This document shows positions 33,228 to 47,550 of a DNA stretch of 64,000 nucleotides, piece after piece. A program made the translations under genes and the position numbers. Position 1 is the stretch's first letter. Each line of letters starts with the position of its first letter. Below the pieces are notes generated by a model. The model did not search any database. It was given only the letters and a program-made list of their open reading frames with translations, and was not told the origin of the DNA. The DNA lies in assembly GCA_964016885.1 (NCBI GenBank), contig OZ024754.1, positions 12,090,001-12,154,000 of the forward strand, read 5' to 3'. The stretch is from Eledone cirrhosa. Taxonomy: Eukaryota.

Positions 33228-33249
33228 TGTATATATATACATGCATACA

Positions 33250-33850
33250 TGGTGGCTGCCAACTCGTTTTCGAGTACGGCCACTACTTTATATCCATGTA
33301 GGAGAACCCCTACCGATGCGCTGAACGAGTGTGACTTTTTTGTCCAGCCAGCGACTTGAAAACTCTGGTACAAACACTACACTTGTGACAACTATTGACA
33401 CATAGTGCTGGGCCCATGGTACCATGTGACGACAAGTGCAGAGAGATCTCCAGATATAAAGCAATGCCTGTGCCGTGAAGCTTTTATAGTGAGCAAAGGC
33501 ACTGCACAAAGCCAGTCCCACTCTCTTAACCAAGATGATATTTACCAAAAAGAAGAACAAGTCAACATCATTGGATACCATCAGGGTTGCAGGTGTTATA
33601 TCAGAGTTTTCCTTCTCCTAGAATTCTGCCTTGACAAAGGCTAAGGGGTCATCTCTCCCGGTGATTTTGGATAGCCATTGACTCTTAAGAGCTCCTTTGA
33701 CAGGTTTTGTTTTTAGTCCTGCAGGATGTCCAAAGTCACCCTCCTCACCAAGAAACCTTGGTGGGGTTGCCAGTTTAGTCGCCAACGACCCGACCATGAG
33801 ACAGGTTGTACTGGGATACATGTTACCAGTAGCACCAACTGGTGACCTGA
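33250..33850 (-). mobile_element. RTE LINE 5' region (UTR)
   Basis: Minus strand 'ttagcctttgtcaaggcagaattctaggagaaggaaaactctg' resembles the conserved RTE 5'-UTR motif. Inserted among TA/CATA repeats. Confidence 0.5.
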
Positions 33851-33864
33851 CATAACTACATACA

Positions 33865-34883
<1,019 letters not shown>

Positions 34884-34896
34884 GTGTGTATATATA

Positions 34897-34948
<52 letters not shown>

Positions 34949-34973
34949 CATATATGTATATATGTATATATGC

Positions 34974-35004
<31 letters not shown>

Positions 35005-35589
35005 CATATATGTATATATGTATATATGCATACATATATATATACATATATATGTATATATATATATATGTAAGTATGTATACGTACATACATATATGTA
35101 TACAGACGTACAGTAGTATGTATATATATACATACATGCACACATATATATATGTAAGTATGGGTTTACCGAACATTTATTATGTTCGGTTTGTTTGTAA
35201 ACAAGCGGCCCGAATTAAGCCGTACAGTGTTCGGCAACCATCGTCGCCCTTTTGTTCAACACTGACAAAGGAACGATGAACTAGTTTCAAGCTTATTAGC
35301 TATCGTCAGCATCGTATACCTTCCTGTCAGATGATTAAACTTTTGAAAGTATATACTTTCCTTATGCATATTAACGGCTGAGCAGCCTAATTTGCATGTC
35401 GAGTGAGTTAGTCGGCCCGGCGTACCGAAAACGTTATATGTGTGCATGTATGTATATATACATACTATTGTATGTCTGTATACATATATGTATGTACGTG
35501 TACATACTTATATTTAAGTAACAGCCGTACTAAGAGTGAGAAATGAAATTTCATTTCATTCTTTTCCATTTATATATATATATATATTA

Positions 35590-35931
35590 TATATATTATT
35601 AGAATGTGAGGTTTTTTTACAAAATGAAAAATAACCGAGGTGTCCTACACGAGTGAAAGTATAAAGAAAAAAAGATGAAATCGAAAATGCAACTGGAGTC
35701 TTATTTTTAAAAATATATATATATTTATTTGGTTCCTTTACCGGTTTCGCAGTTCTTCTGCTTTTCAAAAGTAGAGTTGAGATGGAGGGTCTGTGGTTTT
35801 CACAGACCCTCCATCTCAACTCTACTTTTGAAAAGCAGAAGAACTGCGAAACCGGTAAAGGAACCAAATAAATATATATTTAAAAAAAAAAAATAAGACT
35901 CCAGTTGCATTTTCGATTTCATCTTTTTTTC

Positions 35932-35932
<1 letters not shown>
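35590..35932. mobile_element. Fold-back with variant hammerhead (family also at 19522-19662 and 48190-48337)
   Basis: Arms of about 130 bp around 35797. CTT-TTGAAAA-GCAG-aagaa-CTGC-GAAAC-CG-GTA-AAG. Confidence 0.75.
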
Positions 35933-35965
<33 letters not shown>

Positions 35966-35968
35966 ATC

Positions 35969-36190
35969 GCTTTCACCGTATTTTTGACTAAAGAAATTTT
36001 AGCCTGATAATGGGGTTAGAACCCTCAGGTAAATAGAAAAAGATGAGTACGTCAATACTCATCTTTTTCCATTTATCTGAGGGTTCTAAACCCCATTATC
36101 AGGCTAAAATTTCTTTAGTCAAAAATACGGTGAAAGCTATTCTATTTTCTAATTTCAAACCTGCTCACTGTTTCAAAACATACTTACTTG
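35969..36190. mobile_element. Fold-back insert (arms about 80 bp) in (TA)n
   Basis: 35969-36049 is inverted at 36056-36137. No canonical hammerhead core seen. Confidence 0.65.
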
Positions 36191-36256
<66 letters not shown>

Positions 36257-36259
<3 letters not shown>

Positions 36260-36447
36260 AACGAGTAGGACCCCGACGGCTGAGCTCAAGCCGTTTCGAC
36301 GGCTAATTCTGGGCTGAGTTAGCCGTCGCAACGGCTTGAGCTCAGCCGTCGGGGTCCTACTCGTTCCTATTACCCACTCTACTACCCTAAGTATTGAGTA
36401 CTTTGGTGCGTTATGGTCCATCTGGTTCCTTACCACATTTCCTTCGT
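36257..36447 (+). mobile_element. Fold-back of the 4057-4498 family
   Basis: Hairpin 36257-36370 plus the shared 3' tail 'tacccactctactaccctaagtattgagtac...'. Confidence 0.75.
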
Positions 36448-36488
36448 TATATATATATACAGTAATAATAATAAATGTGAAGACTAAA

Positions 36489-36520
<32 letters not shown>

Positions 36521-36905
36521 TCGTTGCTGTAGTGGAGTCTGTGTTGCTGTACGGGTCTGAGACTTGGATACTGAACAAGAAACTCACTCAGATGGTGGAT
36601 GGGTGCTACACGAGAATGCTGAGGATGGCTCTGAACATTAATCAGTATACACTGAGGATGAAAAACTCAGAGCTGTATGGGAGCCTCCCAAAAGTCAGCG
36701 CAAAAGTGACACAGAGGAGACTGAGGTTAGCTGGACATGCTCACCGACATCAAGAGTTGACACTGCACTCAGTGCTCCTGTGGGAGCCCCTGCATAGACA
36801 CACTAGAAGAGGAAGACGGAGGTTGGAGACACATGGCAACGATAATGAGGGACAGAGACCGCTGGAGAGAACGTGTCCATGGATCTCGGGAATTTTATCC
36901 GCCCT

Positions 36906-36907
<2 letters not shown>
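36521..36907 (+). mobile_element. 5'-truncated RTE LINE, ORF2 C-terminus
   Basis: [45 protein letters not shown]. Flanked on both sides by (TA)n. Confidence 0.85.
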
Positions 36908-36966
<59 letters not shown>

Positions 36967-37055
36967 ATGTGTATATATATATATAGATATATATATATAT
37001 GTGTGTATATATATATATATATGTGTGTATATATATATATATGTGTATATATATA

Positions 37056-37088
<33 letters not shown>

Positions 37089-37109
37089 GTGTATATATAT
37101 ATATATACA

Positions 37110-37144
<35 letters not shown>

Positions 37145-37186
37145 GTGTATATATATATATATATATGTGTATATATATATATATAG

Positions 37187-37253
<67 letters not shown>

Positions 37254-37399
37254 AGTGTATGTGTACAACCAATGTCCATATTTAGATCCAATATATAGAA
37301 TATCTAGAAATGTATTCGATTTTCAGATTTTCTGTTCAAATTTATTTTGTTTTTCTCATCTCATGTTTTTTCTGTCTTTATTTTCACTCTTAATTTTTA

Positions 37400-37430
<31 letters not shown>

Positions 37431-37714
37431 TGCAGTAGTAGTGGTAGTGGTAGTGGTAGTGGTAGTAGTAGTAATAGTAGTAGTAGTAGTAGTTGTATTA
37501 GTTGTAGTAGTAGTAGTGGCAGTAGTAGTAGTAGTAGTAGCTGTAGTAGTAGTAGTGGTAGTAGTAGTAGTAGCGGTAGTAGTTGTAGTAGTAGTAGTGG
37601 TAGTAGTAGTAGTAGTAGTTGTAGTATTAGTAGTAGAAGTAGTGTAGTAGTAGTAGTAGTAGTAGTCTTGGTGGTGGCGGCAGTGGTAGTAGTGGTGGTG
37701 ATAGTAGTAGTAGT

Positions 37715-37776
<62 letters not shown>

Positions 37777-38088
37777 CAGTAGTAGTAGTTGTAGTAGTAG
37801 CAGCAACAGTAGTAGTAGTTGTAGTAGTAGCAGCAACAGTAGTAGTAGCAGTAGTAGTAGTAGTAGTAGTAGCAGCAACAGTAGTAGTAGTAGTAGTAGT
37901 AGTAGCAGTAGTAGTAGCAGCAGCAGCAGTAGTAGCAGTAGTAGTAGTAGTAGCAATAGTAGCAGCAGCAGCAGCAGTAGTAGCAGTAGTAGTAGTAGAT
38001 GCAATAGTAGCAGCAGCAGTAGTAGTAGTAGCAGTAGTAGTAGTAGTAGTAGTAGCAGTAGTAGTAGCAGTGAAGGTAGTAGCAACAT
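37400..38088. repeat. (AGT)n/(AGC)n trinucleotide tract
   Basis: Directly visible. Confidence 0.95.
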
Positions 38089-38197
38089 AGTTATTTTATA
38101 ACAATGTTAGAGCATCAAAGGCAGAAATGGGCTCGGGAGAGAGAACGAGAGAAAATAAAACAAAACATGGAATGTAAAAAGTGAAAACATTCTTACG

Positions 38198-38249
38198 TCA
38201 AAAGCTGCTTCAGACATATTTGAATAACTTTCAGCTCGGGTGCACCAAC
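38198..38249 (-). other. Candidate short exon (WCTRAESYSNMSEAAFD)
   Basis: cttacccgcag| acceptor and |GTAAGA donor with an open frame between. No homology support. Confidence 0.2.
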
Positions 38250-38624
38250 TGCGGGTAAGATTTAGGTTGAGGTCGTTGCGATGATGTACTAGCGGAAGTC
38301 AGCAAAGATTGTGGGTGGTAAAGAATAGGTGAACAATCACAACAGGGGTTTGGGTGTGGTTCATTGAACCCCTACCTCCTTTTTGTGTCGACTCAACGTT
38401 TGAGGTAGGTGAGGAACTACTCGTAAATAGATATTTACTTGGTGGCAAGTAAGGAACTTTCAGGAGAGTTGGACAGCTGAAAGTCTATAGAGAACCCATC
38501 GACCCCATCTACGCAACTGTTTCGGTTCTCTTGTGACGCTAAACTCCGCCAGTTGCAGACTGCGCATCAACATGTGATATCTCTCTACACAAAGTTCGAT
38601 CACCAGCAGCAGAATTCAAAGGGC

Positions 38625-38995
38625 AAACATCAAGTCCAGTCCATAAGTTGACATTGTCAAGCCATCATTTTGGCTGCCAGCCTCTGCTCCTCTTACCAGC
38701 CAACCTTCCTTCCAGGCATAACCTACTCACACTACGAGTTGATCTTTTTATATGACCGTATAGTTAGAGTACTCTCGACTTGACAATCGGTATAATTGGT
38801 ATAAGTTTGGTAATGTTGAGCAGCTCACTGATACAGATACGGTCGCTGAGCCGCTTGCCAGTCTTGATCACAATCTTATGATGTGGTTCTGGAATGTAGA
38901 GAGCTTCTGAAGTGACCTTGTCCAATTAACACAGTCAAGACAGTCAAGACCATATAACACAACTGGTAGGAAGTAAATATCAAAGATTTTAGCCT
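38625..38995 (-). mobile_element. Decayed RTE LINE ORF2 C-terminus
   Basis: IVKSRVL*LYGHIKRSTRSVSRLCLEGRLAGKRSRGWQPK*WLDNVNLWTGL. Confidence 0.7.
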
Positions 38996-40547
38996 TCAAA
39001 TGATAGAGAAAATACAGTGATGAATTTGTTTTGCAATTTTTTTAAAAATATTAAATCGTGTGTTGAAACAAATATTGTTATATCTGGCGAGGGTCATATT
39101 TTTAACTGTTGGTCAATTAATGATAAATGTTGATTGCAAGTTGAATTAATTATAGAAATATAAAATATACTGAAGCGAAAGCCAACCCAAACCAAACAGT
39201 GTGTTTTATTATATATTTCTGGCAATATTATAACAACATGACCCTCCCCAAATATAACAAAGAGAAAATATTTAGATAGTGGAAGTAAGGGAAAAGCGCG
39301 GCAGTGGGGGGTAGGGTGGGGCATTATATGTCAGGTGCACCCCGTGGACAAAATTTTGAAAGTATTTCCGCAAGGAACAGACAACTGCATCCACTACATC
39401 AGCCCCTCAACCCCACGGGGATCATTCTTCAGACGTCATTCATTCCTTCCAATTTTGTGAAGATTTACATCCTCGAACGAGAAGAGGGTTATCCAATGAG
39501 GGTTCTTGTTATCACCACAGTCGAGGCAGACAGGCTCCTGTTATGATGGGAAACAGGCCTCGCTAAGGCTCCTGGCAACCTCGTTCAAGGCGCCGTATCG
39601 AAAGAAACGACTTTTATTGTTGAGCTCCCATGCATCAGTGATCAAGCTTATTTACAATCAAACGTTGTGATCTAACATTTCTTAATTTTCAGAGTATCTA
39701 GGATTACAGTATCACGTCTATTATTCTTCTTTTAAGATGTGCTATTAGGGAGATTTGACCCCTAGGGTTATGGCTGTTATGGACACGTTATCAACAGTTC
39801 AGAATGTGAACTAGGTCAAAAGTTTGTTATTGTTTTATAGTATAAACGAGACTTATTCAACGTGTGATTTGAACGAGCTTTTGGCTGCCACTTTTATAAA
39901 GTCGAGAAACCATATAGAGGTTCTTATGTAGGATTTGGTTTACGTGCGTAAGAAAAAAGCAGCAAAGCTTATTTATATTCAAGATGTAGGATAGGTGAAA
40001 TAACAGTTGATACTTAAGGCTGAGTATAGTGCTGTTGGGTGTAAATTTATCATCAACATTTTATCATGACGTTTACATAAAACCAAATAATATTATATTT
40101 CTCTTGATGATAAATAGCGGGTTTGTAGTCATTGTAGTTTCAGGCGGTTCAAGGCAGAGTTATGTAAGTAAGAATAGGAAGGAGAGAAGATTAAATGAGA
40201 CAGAGTAGAAGTGAGGTAGGAGGAATAGAAGTGAGGCGAGAGGGATAGAAGGAGGTGTGGAATAGAATAGGAGGAAGGTAAGAGGTATAGAAGTGAGGAA
40301 AGAGGTATACAAGGGAGGTAAGTAGAATGAAGAAACAAATTTATGTCTCTGTCTGAGGAACACTGATTAAACATGTTTTCGCAACCATTCTAGTACCTTG
40401 GTATATCACTGCTGAAGAGATTAAACCATCTTCACACATTATGTTAGAGGGGCTGAATTTCTTTCCAATCTTATTCCTGAGAGGGTGGTGACAGTAGAGT
40501 CCCACACATACATACATACATACATACATTAATACATACATACATAC

Positions 40548-40872
40548 TGAGAAGCTGGGCTTCACAGGAACAGAAAGAACACAACTAGTTAGGAAATTAC
40601 AAGTACAATCCATTTATGGAACAGTAAAAATATGTAAAACATTCCAAAAATGTTGCATCTAATAACTGCATATACACATGCACACATACAACTCAAAACA
40701 TCCACATCCACACATACAATAACATCCATATCTACACATGCATGTCTGCATGCATACATATCTACCTAGTTGATGTTGTGTAAATTCCAATGAGAGAGTC
40801 CCGTGTCTATGTTAGAAACCGACTCTCTCTCTCTATTGGTAAAAATTTGTGAAATTATAAAACCAGAAGAAC
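40548..40872 (+). mobile_element. R4/Dong-type RLE retrotransposon, short 3' fragment (subfamily A)
   Basis: Near-identical to 41323-41657. Flanked by (CATA)n. Confidence 0.8.
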
Positions 40873-40876
40873 ATAC

Positions 40877-40907
<31 letters not shown>

Positions 40908-40917
40908 CATACATACA

Positions 40918-40953
<36 letters not shown>

Positions 40954-41657
40954 TGTAGTGGCCAAAACACTGTACAATGCAGTTCGTAAAAAAGATAGCC
41001 CCGATAATAAACACATTAAAAGCTACAACAATGTACATAATATGAAAGAGTACTGGTGGAATGTTCCAGTAAAAGCCCCAATAAAATGCAGGCATAACAG
41101 ACCAGATATTATGATATGGGACAGGGAGAAGAAAACATGCACAGTAGTGGAAATTAGCTGCCCAGCAGATGCCAATATAATATCAAAGATTAGTGAAAAG
41201 GAGAATATTTATGCAGAACTGATGAGAAATCTGCAGATACTCCACCCTGATTACACCTTCAGATTTATGCCTGTGATTATTGGGACACTGGGATATGTTA
41301 GTAACTTCCTCAATACAAATCTTGAGAAGCTAGGCTTCACAGGAACAGAAAGAACACAACTAGTTAGGAAATTACAAGTACAATCCATTAATGGAACAGT
41401 AAAAATATGTAAAACATTCCAAAAATGTTGCATCTAATAACTGCATATACACATGTACAAATACAAAGCATATACACATGCACACATACAACTCAAAACA
41501 TACACATACACACATACAATAACATCCATACCTGCACATGCATACATATCTACCTAGTTGATGTTGTGTAAATTCCAATGTGAGAGTCTTGTGTCTATGT
41601 TAGAAACCGACTCTCTCTCTATTGGTAAAACTTTGTGAAATTATAAAACCAGAAGAA
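40954..41657 (+). mobile_element. R4/Dong-type non-LTR retrotransposon 3' fragment with restriction-like endonuclease (subfamily A)
   Basis: ORF 40958-41437: EYWWN..HNRPDIMIWD..VVEISCP.D.N..K..EKENIY..L..PVIIGTLG (PD-(D/E)xK-type RLE), followed by a 3' UTR. Flanked by (CATA)n. Confidence 0.85.
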
Positions 41658-42011
41658 TATACATGTATACATATATACAAATATACAAATATACATGCAT
41701 ACATATATACAAACAAACATATATACAAACAAACATATATACAAATATACATGCATAAGTATATACATTCATATATACATAAATACGTGCATACTACATA
41801 AGTGTATACATCCATTCATACATACATACATAAGTATATACATACAAACGTAAATACATACATAAGTATATACATACATACGTATATACATACATACATA
41901 CATACATATATACATACATAAGTATATACATACAAACATACGTAAATACATAAGTACATACATACATACATACATACATACATACATACATACATACATA
42001 CATACATACAT

Positions 42012-42326
42012 ACATCTACGGACCATTGATGAGGAGTTTACAAATCCAGTATCCAAGATACACCTTTAGCTTCATACCCATCATTATTGGAGCTACGGGT
42101 TATATACCAACCTGCTTGGACCAAAGTATGACTGAACTTGGATTTGCGGACAAAAAGCGCAGCTCCCTAATTCATAGTCTACAAATGGCTGCGATAGCTG
42201 GCACCTTCAAAATTTGCAAAACATTCTTGCGATTCAAGGGATGACAATTTCTTTTCTTTTACAACCTTGCCACCAGGAAGGTGGCCGGTCAAAAAAAATA
42301 TACTCGAAATTAAGAGAAAGAGATAA
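42012..42326 (+). mobile_element. R4/Dong-type RLE retrotransposon 3' fragment (subfamily B)
   Basis: IYGPLMRSLQIQYPRYTFSFIPIIIGATG..KICKTFLRFKG*. Flanked by (CATA)n. Matches 54341-54862. Confidence 0.8.
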
Positions 42327-42505
42327 CATACATACATTCCTACGTACGTACGTACGTACATACATACGTACATACATACATACATACATACATACATACA
42401 TACATACATACGTACGTACATACATACATACGTACGTACGTACGTACATACATACATACATACATACATACATACATACATACATACATACATACATACA
42501 TACAT

Positions 42506-42537
<32 letters not shown>

Positions 42538-42599
42538 GAAGTCTTCAGTTGTAAACTAATCAGGCAATGAGTTTAGAAAACATCCAGTAACTTACTTAC

Positions 42600-42614
42600 C
42601 TGAAGCAAATATAT
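42600..42614 (-). other. Candidate 15-nt micro-exon
   Basis: gtcttcag|ATATATTTGCTTCAG|GTAAGTAAGT. Consensus donor in unique sequence. Confidence 0.25.
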
Positions 42615-42699
42615 CTGAAGACTAACACTACTTTTTATTTGTATTTAGTAAATGGCGGACGACGATTGTGATTAGGGAAATGCAATTTTATTGGAGTGC

Positions 42700-42787
<88 letters not shown>

Positions 42788-42854
42788 ATATATATATATG
42801 TGTGTATATATATATATGTGTGTATATATATATATATGTATATGTATATATATA

Positions 42855-42909
<55 letters not shown>

Positions 42910-43046
42910 GTATATATATATATGTATATATATATATGTATATGTATATATATATATGTATATATATATATGTATATGTATATATATATATGTATATATA
43001 TATGTATATATATATATGTATATATGTATACATATATATATATATG

Positions 43047-43092
<46 letters not shown>

Positions 43093-43093
<1 letters not shown>

Positions 43094-43428
43094 GAAGTAA
43101 TTCCGTCGGAAAAATCCAGGAAAAAAGAGTGCTCTATGTAGGTAACAGAGCTTAATAGTTATGTAATAAACAACATAAGGCAATTATTCCATTTACCAGT
43201 GGTTTCTTAAAAGCAAAAGATTTTGCTTTCAATCCTCAGAATGAAAAAATCCTGGTCTGTTTATTGAATTTGGATTTTAAAAACAAAAACTAGATTTTTG
43301 TTTTTAAAATCCAAATTCAATAAACAGACCAGGATTTTTTCATTCTGAGGATTGAAAGCAAAATCTTTTGCTTTTAAGAAACCACTGGTAAATGGAATAA
43401 TTGCCTTATGTTGTTTATTACATAACTA

Positions 43429-43430
<2 letters not shown>
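43093..43430. mobile_element. Fold-back with hammerheads at 43187-43244(-) and 43339-43396(+)
   Basis: TTCATT-CTGAGGA-TTGAAAGCAAAA-tc-TTTTGCTTTTAA-GAAAC-CACTG-GTA-AATGGA. Second family copy at 50628-50865. Confidence 0.85.
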
Positions 43431-43465
<35 letters not shown>

Positions 43466-43497
43466 AACATAAATGAAATGTGCCTTCAGACAATCGA

Positions 43498-44124
43498 TAT
43501 AGGAAGATCGGCTGAAAAGGTCAAAGGCTGATCAAGATACTCTCATGGAATGACCAAATGAGGTTTACTTTTCAACATAGTTTCTGGAAAGAAACAACAC
43601 AGTTAATAATTGTTTCTACTTTTGGCACAAGGCCTGCAATTATCCCAGTGTATTACTGGTACTTTATTTCATCGACCCCGTAAGGATGACAGGCAAAGTT
43701 TAACCCCCGGCGGGATTTGAACTCAGACCATAAAGTTGTAAGTCATTGCTGCAAAGAATGGCGTCCGACCCTCTACCGATACTGCCAATATAATGGTTTC
43801 TTATATAGGCACAAGGCCAGCAATTTTAGGGGAGGAGAAAGTCGATTAAATCGACTCCACTGCGTGACTGGTACTTTATTTTATCGACCCCGTAAGAATG
43901 AAAGGCAAAGTTAACCTCGGCAGGATTTAAACTCAGATCATAAAGGGCTGTAACTCAATGCTGCAAAGCATGGCGTCCAACCCTCTACCGACAATACTGC
44001 CAATCCATCACCCTAACAATGCAGTTAATAATAAAAAGAGTTGAAATTAATGCATGCAAGATTTCACAGCTCTAGCATCACTCCTTCATAGTCAGCCTAT
44101 GAATGTTTTAGCCGACCCTCATAT
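43498..44124. mobile_element. Mariner-derived MITE interrupted by two tandem minus-strand tRNA-SINEs (about 43611-44013)
   Basis: The two halves match 14501-14730. The SINE pair is flanked by the direct repeat 'aacaa(ca/tg)cagttaataat'. Confidence 0.7.
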
Positions 44125-44189
44125 GATTGGAAACAACAGTCAATTGTAGAAGGTGATTCTCGTCTTTTATCATCACCACTCGTATAGCT

Positions 44190-44587
44190 TCTCACTCTGA
44201 TCTCAACTAAACAGTCGGTCAAGATATCTATATAGATTTTAGTGTATCTCACTCTGATCTCAACTAAACAGTCGGTCAAGATATCTATATAGATTTTAGT
44301 GTATCTCACTCTGATCTCAACTAAACAGTCGGTCAAGATATCTATATAGATTTTAGTGTATCTCACTCTGATCTCAACTAAACAGTCGGTCAAGATATCT
44401 ATATAGATTTTAGTGTAGCTTACTCTGATCTCAACTAAACAGTCGGTCAAGATATCTATATAGATTTTAGTGTATCTTACTCTGATCTCAACTAAATAGT
44501 CGGTCAAGATATCTATATAGATTTTAGTGTATCTCACTCTGATCTCAACTAAACAGTCGGTCAAGATATCTATATAGATTTTAGTAT
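44190..44587. repeat. 57-bp minisatellite, 7 units
   Basis: tctcactctgatctcaactaaacagtcggtcaagatatctatatagattttagtgta repeated. Confidence 0.95.
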
Positions 44588-44607
44588 ATGTGTATACCGC
44601 TATATAT

Positions 44608-44935
44608 GCGGTGAATTAGCGAGTTGTTAGAACGTCGGATAGAATGCGTTATTGAATTCGCTCTGGCTCTCTGCTCGCTGAGTTTCAAATCCCGCCGAGG
44701 TTAACTTTGCTTTTCATTCTTAAAAAAAGTACCAGTCGAGTACTGGGGTCGATTCTTCCTCTTTATCTCTTTTTCATTTCCTCTCTCTCATTTTCTATTT
44801 TTCTCTGGAAGAAATCTGTTGTACTCATGTCTGAAGGGAGATGGGCTCCGCCAGGCTTAAAATACTCAAGTAACGCCGTATGTCACTACGTTGCGCCTTC
44901 GACACCATCAGGAAATTACTAGATCATACAAATAG
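44608..44935 (+). mobile_element. tRNA-SINE, long-tail subfamily
   Basis: Degenerate A/B boxes and core, plus a tail of about 190 nt shared with 24060-24230 and 880-1020. Confidence 0.7.
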
Positions 44936-45132
44936 CATACAGAGAGAGAGAGAGGAGAGAGAAAATGTGTGTGTGTGAGCGAGAGAGAGAGAGCGTGTGT
45001 ATGAGCGAGAGAGAGGGGGAGTGTGCGTATGTGAGCGAGAGAGAGAGAGAGAGCGAGTGTGTGTGTGAGTGAGAGAGAGAGTGTGTGTGTGTGTGAGAGA
45101 GTGTGTGTATGTGAGCGAGGGAGAGAGAGACA

Positions 45133-45167
<35 letters not shown>

Positions 45168-45198
45168 TGTGTGTGTGTGTGAGCGAGAGAGAGAGAGA

Positions 45199-45229
<31 letters not shown>

Positions 45230-45528
45230 GGAGAGAGCGTGTGTATGAGCGAGAGAGAGGGGGAGTGTGTATGTGATCGAGAGAGTGTGTGTGTGAGAGA
45301 GAGCGTGTGTATGAGCGAGAGAGAAGGGGAGTGTGTGTATGTGAGCGAGAGAGAGATCGAGAGAGAGAGAGTGTGTGTGAGCGAGAGAGAGAGTGTGTGT
45401 GTGTGTGTGAGAGAGAGTGTGTATGTGAGCGAGAGAGTGAGAGAGAGAGGGAGCGAGTGTGTGTGAGCGAGAGATAGATAGAGAGAGAGAAAGTGATAGC
45501 CATCAAACAGATAAAGCTTAACAGATTT

Positions 45529-45620
45529 CGCCATTTTGTTTAACGTTTTCTACATCGTTAAACTCACCCAGTTATCGTCTGTTTTCTGATGGACAGCAAA
45601 TGGCGGAGAATTTTATATAG
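45529..45620 (-). promoter_or_regulatory. Candidate core promoter or short exon
   Basis: Minus strand TATATAAAA (45619-45611), TCAG about 32 nt downstream, GG|GTGAGT donor at 45568/45567, and two AAATGGCG (YY1-like) motifs in opposite orientations. Confidence 0.25.
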
Positions 45621-46341
45621 CAACATTATATCCACCTCTCTCTCTATATATTTCCATACCTCTCCATTTCTCCCTCTCTTTGTTACTCCGTTTCCCTCTC
45701 TCTCTCTCTCCATCTCCTCTCACTGACTGTCACTTTCTCTCTTCATCTCCCCCCCCACTCTCTGTCACTCTCTCTCCATCTCCCCTCACCCACTCTTTGT
45801 CTCCTCTTCTCTTTTTCCGTCCTCCTCCCTCTCTCTCTTTCCCCCTCTCTCTCCGTCCTCCCAACTGTCTCACTCCCCCTCTCCCCCCCCTTTTCGCTCT
45901 TAACTTTGTAAACTTCTCTCTCCCTGCCTCTCTCTCTCTCTCTCTTTTTGCGTCGTTTTTATCATACATTGCTCTCACTTTTATTACTCTATCCTCACTT
46001 TCCCCTCACTCTTTCTGTCTCTCTCTCTCTCTCTCTCCATTGAAATGAACAAACAAATCAGACTTTTAAGTAAACAGACAGACAAACGCACTTACACATT
46101 TACACACACGCACACACGCACACACACACATACACATACACAAACAGACACACACACACAACCACACACAAACACACACACATATATAAACACAGAGGCA
46201 AACTAGAAAAACTAGAAGGTGGAACAAAAAGTTGATGAAGTGAAAATTGGATAAGATTGGATTGGCGAGAAAGCCTGAAGCTCCACGTGAGTATAAACCC
46301 CTTCCACACACATATACACACTTGCGCACATTAGTGTGTTT

Positions 46342-46408
<67 letters not shown>

Positions 46409-46486
46409 TATAAATATATATTGATATACGAAGCATTTAGACACGTGGTATATATGTATAGGCATATATATACATACACACATTCG

Positions 46487-46530
<44 letters not shown>

Positions 46531-46534
<4 letters not shown>

Positions 46535-46935
46535 TAAAAATAATGAATAAAAACAAAGAAACAGTTCCTTATATTAAAAAATTCATCATTTTACGATCGT
46601 TTCTAGGATATATATGTATGTGTTGGTATGTATATCATATAGATCTATGTAAAAGTTTTACAAACTATCAGCATATATATGAAGACAGCATATATATGTG
46701 TAGGTATGTATATTCCCTCTGATAGTTTGTAAAACTTTTACATAGACCTATATGATATACATACCAACACATACATATATATCCTAGAAACGATCGTAAA
46801 ATGATGAATTTTTTAATATAAGGAACTGTTTCTTTGTTTTTATTCATTATTTTTATTAATTTATCTTGACTGTTTTCCTGTATTTTTCATCGAAAAGATT
46901 TTGAATACATCTTCTCTTTTCATGATATTTGGATT
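46531..46935. mobile_element. Fold-back (arms about 140 bp) with hammerhead 3' half GAAAC-GATC-GTA
   Basis: 46531-46670 is inverted at 46719-46860. Abuts (TA)n. Confidence 0.7.
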
Positions 46936-46989
46936 ACATTGAGTTCTTCATACGGATTGGACACTACCGTATATTTTGGTAGATTTATC

Positions 46990-47047
<58 letters not shown>

Positions 47048-47169
47048 CATCCATACATATATATGTGTGTGTGTATATATATATGTATATGTATGTATGT
47101 ATGTATATATGTATATATATGTATATATGTATATATATGTATATGTATGTATGTATATATGTATATATG

Positions 47170-47201
<32 letters not shown>

Positions 47202-47374
47202 TATGTATGTATATATATATAAAGGTATGTATATAAAGGTATGTGTGTATGTATATATATATGTAAACATGCACACACAGATATATATATATATATATAT
47301 ATACATATACGTGTATGTATGCATATGTTTGTATATATACATATGTATCTATCTATATACATATATAAATATAT

Positions 47375-47427
<53 letters not shown>

Positions 47428-47459
47428 CAAACATATGCATACATATCTGTATATGTGTG

Positions 47460-47528
<69 letters not shown>

Positions 47529-47550
47529 ATATATTGTTATATATATACAT

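Noticed and set aside
44190-44587. CRISPR-like array
   Set aside because: Units are contiguous and near-identical with no unique spacers, there are no cas genes, and the context is eukaryotic.
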